Source: Podarcis liolepis
Taxonomy: Eukaryota
NCBI GenBank assembly: GCA_965112155.1
Contig: OZ218098.1
Reading direction: 5' to 3' (one strand)
Length of the DNA stretch: 64,000 nt
Shown: piece after piece, positions 13,007-26,200 of the stretch
How the letters are laid out: every line of letters begins with the position of its first letter
How positions within the stretch are numbered: the first letter of the stretch is position 1
Notes under the pieces: model-generated
Seen by the model: only the letters and a program-made list of their open reading frames with translations
Databases searched by the model: none
Told to the model about the DNA's origin: nothing
Position numbers and translations under genes: made by a program

Positions 13007-16000
13007 TCAGTCCAATTCCAAGTCAGAGTCAGATGATAACCTCTCCTCAGATATCTGATGGACAGCATCCTCCAAGGAGGTTACACCGAGAGAGGTTAAA
13101 TTGCCATCTGGATTGACCCCCATTGGTTGGATGACTCGTTGTCTGCAATGGAAAGGAGAAATAGCACAGTCAAGAGAGGGGCTCCTCATGATAACATTCT
13201 TAGAGAAACCATCAAGGGGAAGCCTACATTAAGGACAGACCAGTAGTATGCCCACTTTGAGAAATGTAATTCATTTGTTGATCCTAGCAGAAATAGTATA
13301 AAATAGCCATACATACCACCACCAGTAAAAACAGCCCCAACCCTCCCTCAGTTTGGCATCTGGTACATGTGCTGGCACTGCTTTGCTCACATCCAGAATA
13401 TAAATACTCACACCATGGACAAATGCTATTTGCTCAACTACATATGTTGCTCTATTAACATTTCTAGAAGAGAATTTGAAGCTTTCGGATGAGATTCAAT
13501 TACTAATGGTTTTATATGACAATCTACAGTAACCCAACAATCTACAGATCATCAGGTTGTGAGGCAGATTTCTTTTCAGGCACCTAAGATTGGAGACTGT
13601 AGGAACTGAATCTGGTGCCATTGGCAAAGCATGTGCTCAGTCACTGAGCTACCTTTAAGGATCAAGTGGAATGACTTTTCCACTGCTTTTCTATCTCCTA
13701 GGCCCTTTTAGTCCATCAAGGGAACTTGGTCAGTGGATTCCAAATATGAAAAACATTTTTCAGTCATAAATATTCTTCAGGAGAAACTACTAAGCAACAA
13801 CAAATGAATCCAATCAGAATGTAGATTTCTTAATCCCATTTAATCAAATGTAAATGAAATACTGTATAATCAGTGTGTCAAATCTAAGAGTGTTGTTTAG
13901 ATTTCTTGGGTAGAGAGGATGTAATCTCCATATTTGGCCAGAAAGGAGTTTTTCATGCTCAGAAACCAGAACAGAACTGCCTACATTCTGACTGAAATCA
14001 TTTTATATGATGAACCATTTCCACTGAAAGGAAAAAAAAATTTTTGTTTGAAACTCAGTGGGAAATGTGGAGACTAGCTTGCTAATGAAGGCTTTTCCTT
14101 CATTTTACAGTGCACTGGAGCTCTATTTTTGGCTTCATCGCTAGTTAAAGGGCACATTAGCCATGCACCAAATGCTAATTATCAGCCTTTCTGAACCTTC
14201 ATGACATACATCCTGGAAAAGTATAAGGGTGTGATTTTCAGAGAAGTTAAGGTCCAAATGCAAGTTTGTAACAATGCTAAAATTACACTGGAAACCCAGG
14301 AAGTGATTGCTCCAAAATCTTTCTCCGCTAATCTAGCTGGAAAATGCCTCAGGGGTCCTTCTGATTAGGCCACGTCAGCAGCAAAAGAAAGTGACATTGT
14401 AGTGGAAATAGCATTAATGAAATGCTCAGACTAGCATTTCTGTCTGTCTAATGCACACTGGAAACATGGGGCATCTGCATAGAAAGACTGGCGGCTGCTC
14501 AGCAAGATGTCATTTGAACTCCTTAGGTAGATCCTGGACTCCTGCCCGCAGTACTCTTAAATGATGTATGAACAACTACTGTAGCGTGAATGCCTGCTGG
14601 GAAGGAGAATGGGTGGCATTAGCTGCCATCTGCCTTTGCAATAGTACTTCCTACTAGCAGCTAGCTAGAGTTATCACTACATAGCCTGCAGAATGAACTT
14701 TGTGGAGATGACATTCAAATGTATACTGTAGGTAAGTGGTGTGCAATCCCCCAGGGTTTCAGATTTCCATTATTCCCAGTCATTACACCCAGTTTATCCA
14801 AGGTGTTCATTTTCCAGCACAGATGAACCTAGAGCACTGATTTTGGGTTCCACTTCCCCCTCAGGATTCTAGAAAATTTCTGCTTTAATATTATAACAAA
14901 TATTTCCAATCCTCACTGTTGAGGAAGAAACTTAATGATACATGGTCAACATTTTCCAAGCCCTGCTACTCTAGTTCCAGTAGTCAAAAGGCCAGAATAC
15001 CAGCACCCTTTTGGTATGGTCACCTGTCATTGCCTTCCTGTTGCTTGCCAAAAGTTCAATATAATTCTCCTAGTCCACTAGCAGTTACAAAACAGTCTAA
15101 ATGGTTTTTAAAAAATGAGATGCACACTATTTCATTCCAGCAACCACATTTGAAGCCAATGAGTAAAGCCCTACTGTCGCCAAATGATGGAGATCCAGTG
15201 TAGCTGTTGGTTACCATGAGAGAGGAGGGAAAGGCAACAGGGAGCTTGACACAGTGCATGGATTGGCACCCACACTGTGCTGAGCTCCCTGCTGCCATGC
15301 CCTCCCTCCACCTCTTAGTAACTCACAGTGATGCACAACATTGAGAAGCCAAGAGAGCAATGCTACCCCATCAGCCACCACTGATGGCAGGGCAGTACTT
15401 CACTCCTTTGATTCTTTCAATTGGTTCCACTTCATTCCCATTCAGTGACTGTTAACACATAATGGCTTAATGGACAAAATCATATTGATATCCTGTGCTA
15501 CCTAACAGGCTCATGGCTGTTTTCAATGGCCTTTCTTGATGTTAATAGTCCTCTTTCCTAGGAGCTCACAATCTAAGACAGTCCAATGATTTGGAGGATA
15601 AAAGAGGTCAAATGTAGGTCAACAATTCAGAAATTATTCGTTTGAAGTCACAATGAGCTTGGAATTTCAGAACCTTCGATTTTAACTGGTTGACCTCTTT
15701 TAGCCTGCTCTTCAAACTGCTGACCCACTTCCCGATAAATCTTCTCATGGTACCTTGAAAGTTTGTCAAACATGTTCACCAGTTTCATTGCTTCAACCTC
15801 TTTCTGCTCATCTGTCATTCCCTCCATTGGGTTGGGAAGCTTTTCCTCCACACGTCCCGTTATAGGGTTAATGCTGTACGAGTCAGTCAAAACAACAACA
15901 CACAGAAAGAAGGCAGAGCATGTTCATTTAAAAGGCAGATATATTGACCACTGGCATAATGACTGTTGACTGTACCAGAGATGTAGCAAACATTCTTCAA

Positions 16001-19000
16001 CACTACATGCTACCTAAGACCAAATACTACTAAAAAATTGAAAATGGCACAGGATTCTTGCTAGGGCAAGTGGCAATCCACCTACTGACATGCATGCCAG
16101 TTTTGATCCCCATTTGGACTGGTTATTGTGGAAGCAGGGGAAGAGAAGGTTAGCAGCCCAGCAATCTAGTGCTATAATTCACATGCCTATTACAGACATA
16201 TACCTTTAACATGAGAATACAAGGTGCTTTTGTGTCTCTATCCCCAAAGTGTCCAGAATAGCACTCTTTACTCAGTTCAGTTCAATCTTATCCCTCTCAT
16301 TGTCCAGGTTCTAATCTTCACCCCTTTCCCAGTAGTGTTCATTTCTCCCTCCTCTGAATTTCAATAGTCCCTACTTTAATAAATTTTCTATATGTGCAAA
16401 TGCATTCACATGTATCACAATATAAATGATGAGCAGGGGAAAATGGGAAGGGGTAGCAGAAGGAAAGAACATGGACATGGGATTGTGAAGTTTGTGCTAA
16501 TAAAACAGTTAACCAAAGAAATCCGCAAGATGGATTTAATAATGAATGATGGAAATTCTGTATATATTTGGAATAGAAGGGAGAATCATCTGCTAATGAA
16601 GGGGATGAGAGGGATGGGACAAGGGATAGGAAGAGAGAAAGCTACCAAGATAAATGGGAGTGGGGAGGAGTCAGAACCTCTTTCATGACATAAAAGCTTT
16701 CGTACATACAGCCACCTATAAATGGAGTTCAAAACAAAGGTTTGTGATGCTCTGCAGCAGATTATAGGGGAAAGCTGTTGGTCTAGACATACAACTGTGA
16801 AGATGTGGCAGACAGTGAATAAGGCCATTAGGCATGGAAGCAGATAACTACAGTATTAAACACAGGGAAATGAACATCATGCCAATAAGAACGTTGGAAA
16901 GAAAAAAATTAGTAATGGGTTGAGTGAGGAAAAGTTAACAAGAAAAGGACCTGTGCCAAAAGTAGAAGAAAGGGCAATACTTAAGGAAGCAATGCATACA
17001 AGGGTTCCATACTTGGGTTTTGCCTCCTTGTATTCCTCTGTATCAGTGTCTTCATCCTCAGAGTATTCTCCTTCTGTCCGACCTCCTGTCATGAGGCCTC
17101 GGGCTGCCAGGAGCCCCGCAGCATTCCCATAACCCGTGTACTTCACAAACCGTGACACTGTTGAAGAAAATAAAGGCAAAAGGGTCATTCTTCTGCTGCT
17201 ACAAAACAATCTGGAAAAGACTGCTGAATTCAAATGATCATAAAACCGACCCTTGCTTATCGGACCACCTTTCAAGGAAATGATTTCTTGCAAGCCTCTC
17301 AAGTCTGTAAGTCACATTCAGAGCTGCTTCACTTCACCTCTTTTGCCTCTCACTCTCCGGCCTGCCGTACAGGCCCAGGGAATCCCCTTACCCCTGTAGC
17401 AGCAGGGAACCCAGCTTCTTTGACCGTTAAATATATTTGTGTTACTTTTACCTCAAGCAAATATAATATCCACACTAGAAGAAATATGTGAAATGTCATA
17501 TGGGCCTGGTTGTAGGCATCTATGGGCTGGTGCATGTATTTGGAGGGAAACAGTCACTTTGCAAAGGAAAAATATGGAAAACTGTTGCCATTGTCCTAAC
17601 ATTCAGCAAAAAGAGTTATTTAATTGTGAAGCGAGGCCCTTTGATTGAACTTGAGAGAGAATATGTAAGTATGTGGCTATCAAAGCTTAAGTTTGGAATT
17701 CCTCCCTTTTTACAATGAATATTTTTCTTTCCTAAGTGTATCTCTAGTCAGTGAATGTTTAGGGTGAATTATTTGGTTCTGTTTCATTCCATCCTTACCC
17801 AGGCAATATGTAATTTTGCCTTATGACTCATAAGTGAATTGCCTCAGCTCTTAGCAGCCAAGCCACCATTAAAACATATTCTGCCTGTCTACCCCAGTGC
17901 TTTGAATCTTTCAGCAGATATGAAGTTGGAAGGATCAGTCTATTCACTCAATTGCTTTTTCAGACAGTCAATGTTACAAGACAACCTTCACTAGGTGAAA
18001 TAGAACATGGAAAGGCACACACCACTCTCCTTGCAGAGAACAAAGAGGAATTCCGCAGCACAGTGCTTGACATCAGTGTCAATGTGAGTCATGAGGCGCA
18101 CAAGCTTATTTCTCAACAAGTTCCCCACCTCCGGTCTATTTTTCACATCCCGCAGAGGAGGGAGTACCTGCAATCCCATGGAAAGGGAAGAGTTATTTTA
18201 AAAGGCCTTCCTATTACGTTGGCAAATATTGCTCCAAAAGTGCCACTACATCTTTGCAGAAACCATCATGGTGACTTTTGCAACTTTTACATTAGGCAGA
18301 CACATGCCCACTCACACTCATATAGCAAGGGAGCACACAACTTCAAGGCATTTTTCAAAACAATAGGATCACACACAATCTTGGGAAACAATTTCAGTCT
18401 TTCTGCATTATATATTTCCAGAATGATGGCACGGGTGGGGCTTGCCTTACATTTTTGCTGGATCAATGGAAGCATTATTGCTTAGGATCCTACGTAATTT
18501 AAATACAGTACCTTAGCTTTAAGGAATTTCCTGGTCTGCCGATGGGCTCGAGCACTCTCAGTCAGCAAGTTCAGCACAGGGGTCAGGCTCTCCTTAAGCT
18601 TGTGACCCTATAGAAGAGCCCACAAAAAGAAGGTAATAATAATAATCACAGCCATGTTGTTTCCCATGTAGGGAAAAAATACATCAGAGTACAATTTTTT
18701 TATGGAAGGATCTAAATACATTAGTTTCCTTTCTCTGAAACAGAGCAGGTAAATGGCAGCTCAGCTGCAGGAAACATAATAATAAATCATCAGAGTAGAT
18801 CAGGCACCCCCAACCTTTGGCCCTCCAGATGTTTTGGACTACAATTCCCATCATTCCTGACCACTAGTCCTGTTAGCTAGGGATCATGGGAGCTGTAGGC
18901 CAAAATATCTGGAGGGCCACAGGTTGGGGATGCCTGGAGTAGATCATAGGCATAGCCAGAGAGGTGTGGGGGCAGCTGCCCTCCCCAATCAAGTAAATAA

Positions 19001-22000
19001 ATAAATAGAAATACTTAACTAACTGACCAATTGCATCGAAGATATATCTGTTCTCCCCGCCCCCCAAAAAATAAATCCTGGCTCCACCCATGGAGTAGAT
19101 ATACCTTATAACTCATCCCTTTTCTCAGATGAAACTTTATGATTTAAGAAATTCAGGGTACCCACCAAAACCTGTAACACTCTGTAGTTCCCCCCTTCCT
19201 CTCTAAGAAATATTACAGTGTATTTCATTGGCTGCATGAAAAGAATCTGAAGTAAATGTGGGTGTGAGGCAATGAGGAACTTTTCACCCACCCTGTCAAG
19301 ACGTCGGTCAAGGAAATCCAGCAGAACATTCACAGCATCCATGTTGACTCCCATATATTCAAGCGAGCCCGGATGCACCTTGGGGGCCAGCAGGACATCC
19401 AGACACTTGAGAGGCAGATTGCCCAGAAGGTTGACTGTGTGGCTGAACATGCAATGCAAGACAAAATATGCAAAGGAGGTAGCCTCCACATCAACAAGGA
19501 GCCATTTTGTTTTGTTGTTTAAAACCTGACAAAGATCTAGCTAATTTCCATTTTCAAGCACCACGGGAACAAGACCCAAAACTATCCTTTCCTTGGCACC
19601 GTGGCAAGACTATAAACACTCCTGAGAACATTTAACAATAGCATTTACTTCTCCCATGTACTGCCTCAATTTTCTCTTCCCTTCCTTTGATGTTTTCTGA
19701 TGTCCATTTTTAGATTATATCAAACTAATTCTTTATAAAGTGCCATGTACTATATCATCATCATCAACAACAACCAGTAGCCAGTGGCGAAGCAACATGT
19801 GGCAGCCCCCGGAGCGGAGAACAGCCGTGGGCGTGGCTGGTGCACGTCCCAGGGGCGTGGCACGTCGCTTGCGGGGGCATGGTGCACATCCCAGGGTTGC
19901 GTGTCCCGGGAGGCAGTCACGATGGCACCCATTCCCCAAACAGCACCTGGTGCGGCACGCCCCCCCCCCATATGGAAGTGCAGGTAGCACTATATCAATC
20001 AGTATCAGCAACTAAAGTTCTTAGGTACTAACTGTGTCAAATAGACCTGACCCCCAGATTCTTGAATACTCAAGCTGTATGGCGGTCATGATAATGTTTT
20101 TTGTTTTCCCAGCCAATCCAAGTTTTTCACCAGGATAATCACCTGTGAAATTCTTCTGTCCGATCTTCACCATCTGCTGAAATCATCAGGCAGTGACGGA
20201 GGAGGGCACCCAAGCGTCGGTACAGAGCAGCATCTTCCTGGCCCCAAAACACAATGAAAAGCCTGATTATGAGAAAGGAACACGTCTCTCTTGTGCACAG
20301 TCTGTTGGCAGCAAAAAGCTACGCTTTACAGTACGTTCTCAAAATGGAATGTAATTCTAGTCCAAAGAAAAACTGTGCCCAAGCAAACTAAAAATGTGTG
20401 TAGCTGAATTACCCTGCTCAGAATACAGCCCTTAACAGAGTTCCTGGCACCATTTTGTGGAGAAATGTGGGCATAGTAACCAAAGTAGGGCTGAATGAAG
20501 TAGTACAAGACTCCTTCATTCAGCATTTCTTTCTTCTCTTGACCCCTTAGCCTTCTCTCTGGGTGTCTTGATTATGCTCCCACAATTTTGTCTAAGCTGC
20601 ATTCTTCCTTCTCTTTCCCCACAATGTAAAATTATGCAAAACAACAATTAAATTAGGCAGCAAGAATATAACGGTTAAATTAAATTAATTCATACATACA
20701 CAAACACGGCAAATTGCAATTTTTTAAAAAAAATATCCAGTCATGGAATTTGGATTGTCTGGTTGCTGAATCTGGAATATTTTCTTAATGCAGAACTCCA
20801 GATGCAAATATTGTTTCCCTACAGAGGTACAGTGGTGCCCCGCAAGACGAAATTAATTCGTTCCGTAATTTTTGCCGTCTAGCGAATTTTTCGTCTTGCG
20901 AAGCACGGTTTAAACGGTTTAACAAAGTCGCAAGACGTTTTCGTCTTGCGAAGCAAGCCCATAGGGGAATTCGTCTTGCGAGGCAAATCGCGAACGAAAA
21001 AACCTTTCGTCTAGCGAGTTTTTTGTCTTGCGAGGCATTCGTCTTGCGGGGCACCACTGTATCTATATTTCTTCTGCCACACTTTACCCTCTCTTCTGCT
21101 GCTTCATGTTTCATTTATTTATATTTTTAAAGGTTTATAAACTCACATCATAAAATATCAGAGCAGAATACATAAAACCCAAAGTAATTTTGTTGAGGAT
21201 TTCTACAATCGAGCAGTATAATTTTGTTGAAATAAATAAATAGTATAAAATAGACACCCAGAAATTATATCCTTCACAGGTCTCCCTGAGCTCACAGTTC
21301 ATTACTAATCCAGAAAGTGAGAGAGACTCTGGATATTTTAAATAGCTTGATCTGCTAGGTTTTCATCCCGATTTAGTTAGTAAACAGACACTGGCAGTAC
21401 CTTGCCAACACTGCTGCTTACACCTCAACACCCACAGTGCTAGGCTTTCTTTCTTGAGTTGCCATGCATTGCTGAAAAATAGATTCCACCAGATTGTAAT
21501 ATATCTGATTTTACCATGTTTTAGAACAGGTCTGTGGAAGCAAACATAACATAATTTTAGAAATGAATGTTTTCATTCATTTAGCCTTTCTTTTTTATTG
21601 GCTTCGAGTGTGCAGGAATTTGTGCTTTTGTATGTTGATAAATAGGCCTGTTTATAACAAGAGTCAGCCAGTGGGCATGAGCAGAATTGACCAAATATGT
21701 AGTAGGCGCTCCCACAGAACAAGTCAGAAATGCAGGGGGGTGGGGTGAACTAAGTCAGGCAACTTGCCCCCTTCCTTTCTTAAATGGTGTCTATAAGCAC
21801 AGGAATCATGGATGAAAGAAACAGATACATAAAAACAGAAATACATCACAAAATTGAGCTACCAAAAGCTCTGAGTGTCTTACCTCATCTACCTCCCTCT
21901 TGCTGGTGTCAAATGTGATATTGAAGAGCACTTTCAGGATCTCCATGGCACGCTCCACCTCCTGCCGAGGTAAAGGAGCAGAAGGGTTCCCTTCAGCAGC

Positions 22001-23208
22001 TACCTCGTGAGGGTCTAGCCACTTGACTCCCAGGGTCAGTTCCAAGGTATCTGTCATCAGACCGATACCCCGGAGTTCCTGCGCAAGCTGCTGTCGGATG
22101 TCCACCCTCAATGCCGTCAGCAAGAAGAGAAGGCGCAAGTCAAAGAACTTTATATCGTGCGGGAGGTTTCTCTCGTTGTAGAGTTTGATGCGGTCTGTGA
22201 GGCCCACCACGAACCGGGCTTCGGAGGTCAGCTCCTGAGCCCGGGGACTGCTGAAGACAATGTTGCAGAGACATTTCAGCGCCTCCAGGATCACTTCAAG
22301 GTCTGGAACCTCCAGAATCTGCTCTTCTGCGTAATCAATCCCCGCGTGCCTGGCCAGCGTCTTCAGGCCTTCCATGGTTGTGAAAGGGCCAAGGCAGCTT
22401 TTGTCTCGGGACAGGATCCGTATGCTTTCCAAACAGGTGACCTGGCAGGATGGCTGCAGCACCCTCTCCAGAAACTTGATCAGAAGCGCAGCCAGTTTCT
22501 GAAGCATTACAGAGGTGGGGGGTGGGAGAAGAAAACGAATAGTGAAGCAATAAACGTCTATGTGAAGAAAGAAAATTATGTCTGCGCTAGTGGATTGCAC
22601 AGGTTCAACGAGCTACGTTGTACCTCAAACCTGCACAACCCATCCAGTGCCTCGGGCCATATCCATCTTGGTCAGTCACTGCCAGTTTGGACCCCATTAG
22701 TACATCTGTGACACATGTTAATATACTGTACCACTTAGTATTTGACTGTAGAACAGTTTATAATTTTTAAATATAGTTAAAATAAATGAGGCTTTTTTTG
22801 CCTAAATGTGCACTGCTCTACACTTGCTTATATTGGGCAGGTTAAAAATTTAATAATAAAAACAGCAGCAGCAGCAGCAACTGCATTTGCAATTTTAATG
22901 ACAAGTTCCCTGCAATTTGCAGATATGCCTTTGGGACTCCTCTCAAAACCTCTGGCGTTGGTGGCAACATTCTAACTCAAGGTTATTAATGAGCAAGTTT
23001 AAAAAAGCAGGTTTAAAAATGATCCTTAAGAGGATTCCACTTTCTATACACACACCCTCATTGGTTTTAGTGATATGTAGTTCTTTGCTTTCTGCAGGCC
23101 ACAATAAAGCAGCAAAATGATGCAAAAGTGAGTGGAGTAGTGCCATGGTGGACCTTCAGTGAAAACAGATACAGTATTTAAAAATAGGCACATTTCTGGT
23201 TTCATAGG

Positions 23209-23243
<35 letters not shown>

Positions 23244-26200
23244 TCTCTTTGTATCCTTTTATTCTGCAACAGGTAAGGTAAAGGGACCCCTGACCATTAG
23301 GTCCAGTCACGGACGACTCTGGGGTTGCAGCGCTCATCTTGCTTTACTGGCTCAGGGAGCTGGCGTACAGCTTCCGGGTCATGTGGCCAGCATGACTAAG
23401 CCGCTGCTTGCGAACCAAAGCAGCACACGGAAATGCCGTTTACCTTCCTGCCAGAGTGGTACCTATTTATCTACTTGCACTTTCATGCTTTCGAACTGCT
23501 AGGTTGGCAGGAGCAGGGACCGAGCAACAGGAGCTCAACCCGTCGCGAGGGATTCTAACAACCGACCTTCTGATCGGCAAGCCCTAGGCTCTGTGGTTTA
23601 ACCCACAGCGCCACCTGCGTCCCTTTCTGAAGCAGGCTATGGGTCAATTTAATCCAAATTCAGTAAAGGTACAGAGGTGTATCTATTTTTGGAGCATTAT
23701 CAGCACTTGTTTAAATGCCTTTTTAACTGATGCTAGTGAACAGGACTGCTTATGCAAAGAACTATTGTTCTCCTCAAAGACTGGTGGCTTATTTCTGTCA
23801 GAGTTCAAATCCAGAGAAGAGAAACTGAAAACAGCTGTGGGGTGGGGTGGGAGAAGAGAACAAGTCACAGTAGCTTTCTGCCCTGAAAGTGAATACAATA
23901 AAGATATCTGCATAGTCACTGTATGCAGTTACATCTTGGATGATCCCCCTTTTCTTTCTGCAATTTGGCTATGCAGTAAAACTCAAGGAAGCTTCCTTGA
24001 ACAGATAAAATTATACTAGCTGGTGCACCTACTGAAAATGTGCCTGCCAATGTATGACCCTATTTATTAAATTTATATCATGCCTTTCCACATAATGACG
24101 CCCAAGTTGCCCAATATCAAGTAAAATAAAAATACAACATAAAATAATCCCATACACATAAAATACTACCTATAAAGCAAGCAGGTAAAAAACATGTCAA
24201 TAAAACTGCCAGTTAAAAACAGCAACGGTACTTTTTATTATCTAAAATAGTTAAATAAATATTTAATAATCAAATATTTACCTATCTATCATAATAGTAT
24301 TAATAAGATTGGTTATACTTATCATTAGTAATTGTTCATATTATTTTAACAGTTAAATAAAAGTTAACTATATTATTTTAAATAGACCTTTTAGACCTAT
24401 ATCAACAGATATGTTGATATAGAAGGATCTCAAACACTACAGCTTTACAGGACTTATGGTTTGATGTAACTGGCTTAGCACTGCTGCCTCATCAAGGAAA
24501 CTTCATGAGGGAACTGAGCTCCCATTATTTATTGTGACTGTGCCTCCTCATAGAAAGGCCTTTCTGTATAAGCACCTCACACAACTACTAGTCAAGTAGA
24601 TTATTTGCTACTCATCTCACGGCTCCAAGACTGGGGTGGGGGGTGGGGTTAACAAAAGAAATGGGACCTGAATGCAACAGGTGGCTTGCTATCAAACTGT
24701 ACTCTGCTTCTTACCCAGCATGTGGTTTTATGAGGCAGCACCATCAGCCACCCTCTAGCTGCTACCAGCATGATTTCATACTTCTTGAGGACCATAATAT
24801 ACATGAAGCATGCTTTTGAACTAGACACTTTTGTTCAGAAGGAAAAGCTTCCATGCATGTAGGAGGAATTCAGTGCTTTCAATGTCTAGGGCAAGTCACC
24901 ATCTCACAGCCTCAGTGATCCTGATGGAGTAAGCAAAATAAGAAAATAAGTACTTACCCTCCTTTCTTCCTGTTCCTCATCTTCAAAAGTGAAACACTGT
25001 GATTTCTGAGAATGAAACAGAGACAACGGATATGTACTAGGAAAATAAACTTACTCTAAAAGCGCAAAAGGAATTTTAAAGTGATAATCAACTGATTTCT
25101 TCTGAACACCTACAGCATGCAACTCCAGTGAACACTATAAAGCAGTGAGAAGTTAAGCAAGAAACATGCTTAAACTGATAAATTCATACTGAGGAGCATA
25201 TGAAAGCTATGATACAGTACTACCTCAGGTTACAGACGCTTCAGGTTACAGACTCCGCTAACCCAGAAATAGTACCTCGGGTTAAGAACTTTGCTTCAGG
25301 AAGAGAATAGAAATCATGCTCCAGTGGTGTGGCGGAAGCGAGAGGCCCCATTAGCTAAAGTGATGCTTCAGGTTAAGAACAGATTCAGGTTAAGAACGGA
25401 CCTCCAGAATGAATTAAGTTCTTAACCCGAGGTACCACTGTATAAGGAAACTGTGCAGCTCTGAACAATTCTACTGTTTCATATAAGGCTATGCTGAAGA
25501 AAACATCAAAAGATACATAGGATGCAATTCTGAAGTAATATAAGATGCAGAACAAAGCAAATTTGGGGTGCAGTCCTTAAAGTACTTGCATCTGGAAAGC
25601 CTTTTGAAGCCATTGAGGATGTGCTCAACAGAATCATTTGAACAACAAAAAAAAAAAACCGGTTCTCCATTCTGATGTCTTCACGAGAAAATGACAATCT
25701 AATTAGTTTCTCTTGACTTTGGAACAAGAAGTTTCAATACATTATTGTAGCCAATTTCTATTTGAGTAAAAATTCTTATGAGTCTGCAACATGGAAGACG
25801 GAAGAGGCAATTTTCTATAATTCTCCCTTCCTGCTGCAACCCCCTGCACTCTCTCTCATGCTTCTCTGGAGAGTCTTCCAACCTTCTAGAGCAGATTTTG
25901 TAAGGCATAAGGGACTGCAGGGGGAAAGTGAGGAAAGTTCCATTGCCCATTCATGAGATGCTCCTGCCAGCAAAAGAGGAACTCTGCTCAAGGGATGCGC
26001 CCACAAACAAGCCTAGTTATGATCCAAGTTTTTGTTTTTGGAATGTGTATATATGTCACTTATGCAAATCCCTAGCTAGCCACTACTGATCATATTGTTC
26101 AAAAGCATGTTACATGATTTGTTTCATCACAAGGAGCTTAATAAACTAGAATGTACAGAACCTAGCATGTTAGGAGTGCCTAGTAAGGGTCACTTTAATC

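Noticed and set aside
17952-18485. 177-aa + strand ORF (and 184-aa ORF at 22157-22711)
   Set aside because: Antisense shadows of RIC8A exons with no independent homology.
20830-21059. Regularly spaced TTCGTCTTGCGA repeats resembling a CRISPR array
   Set aside because: Eukaryotic MITE with TIRs and a TA TSD; the spacing is irregular and there are no cas genes.
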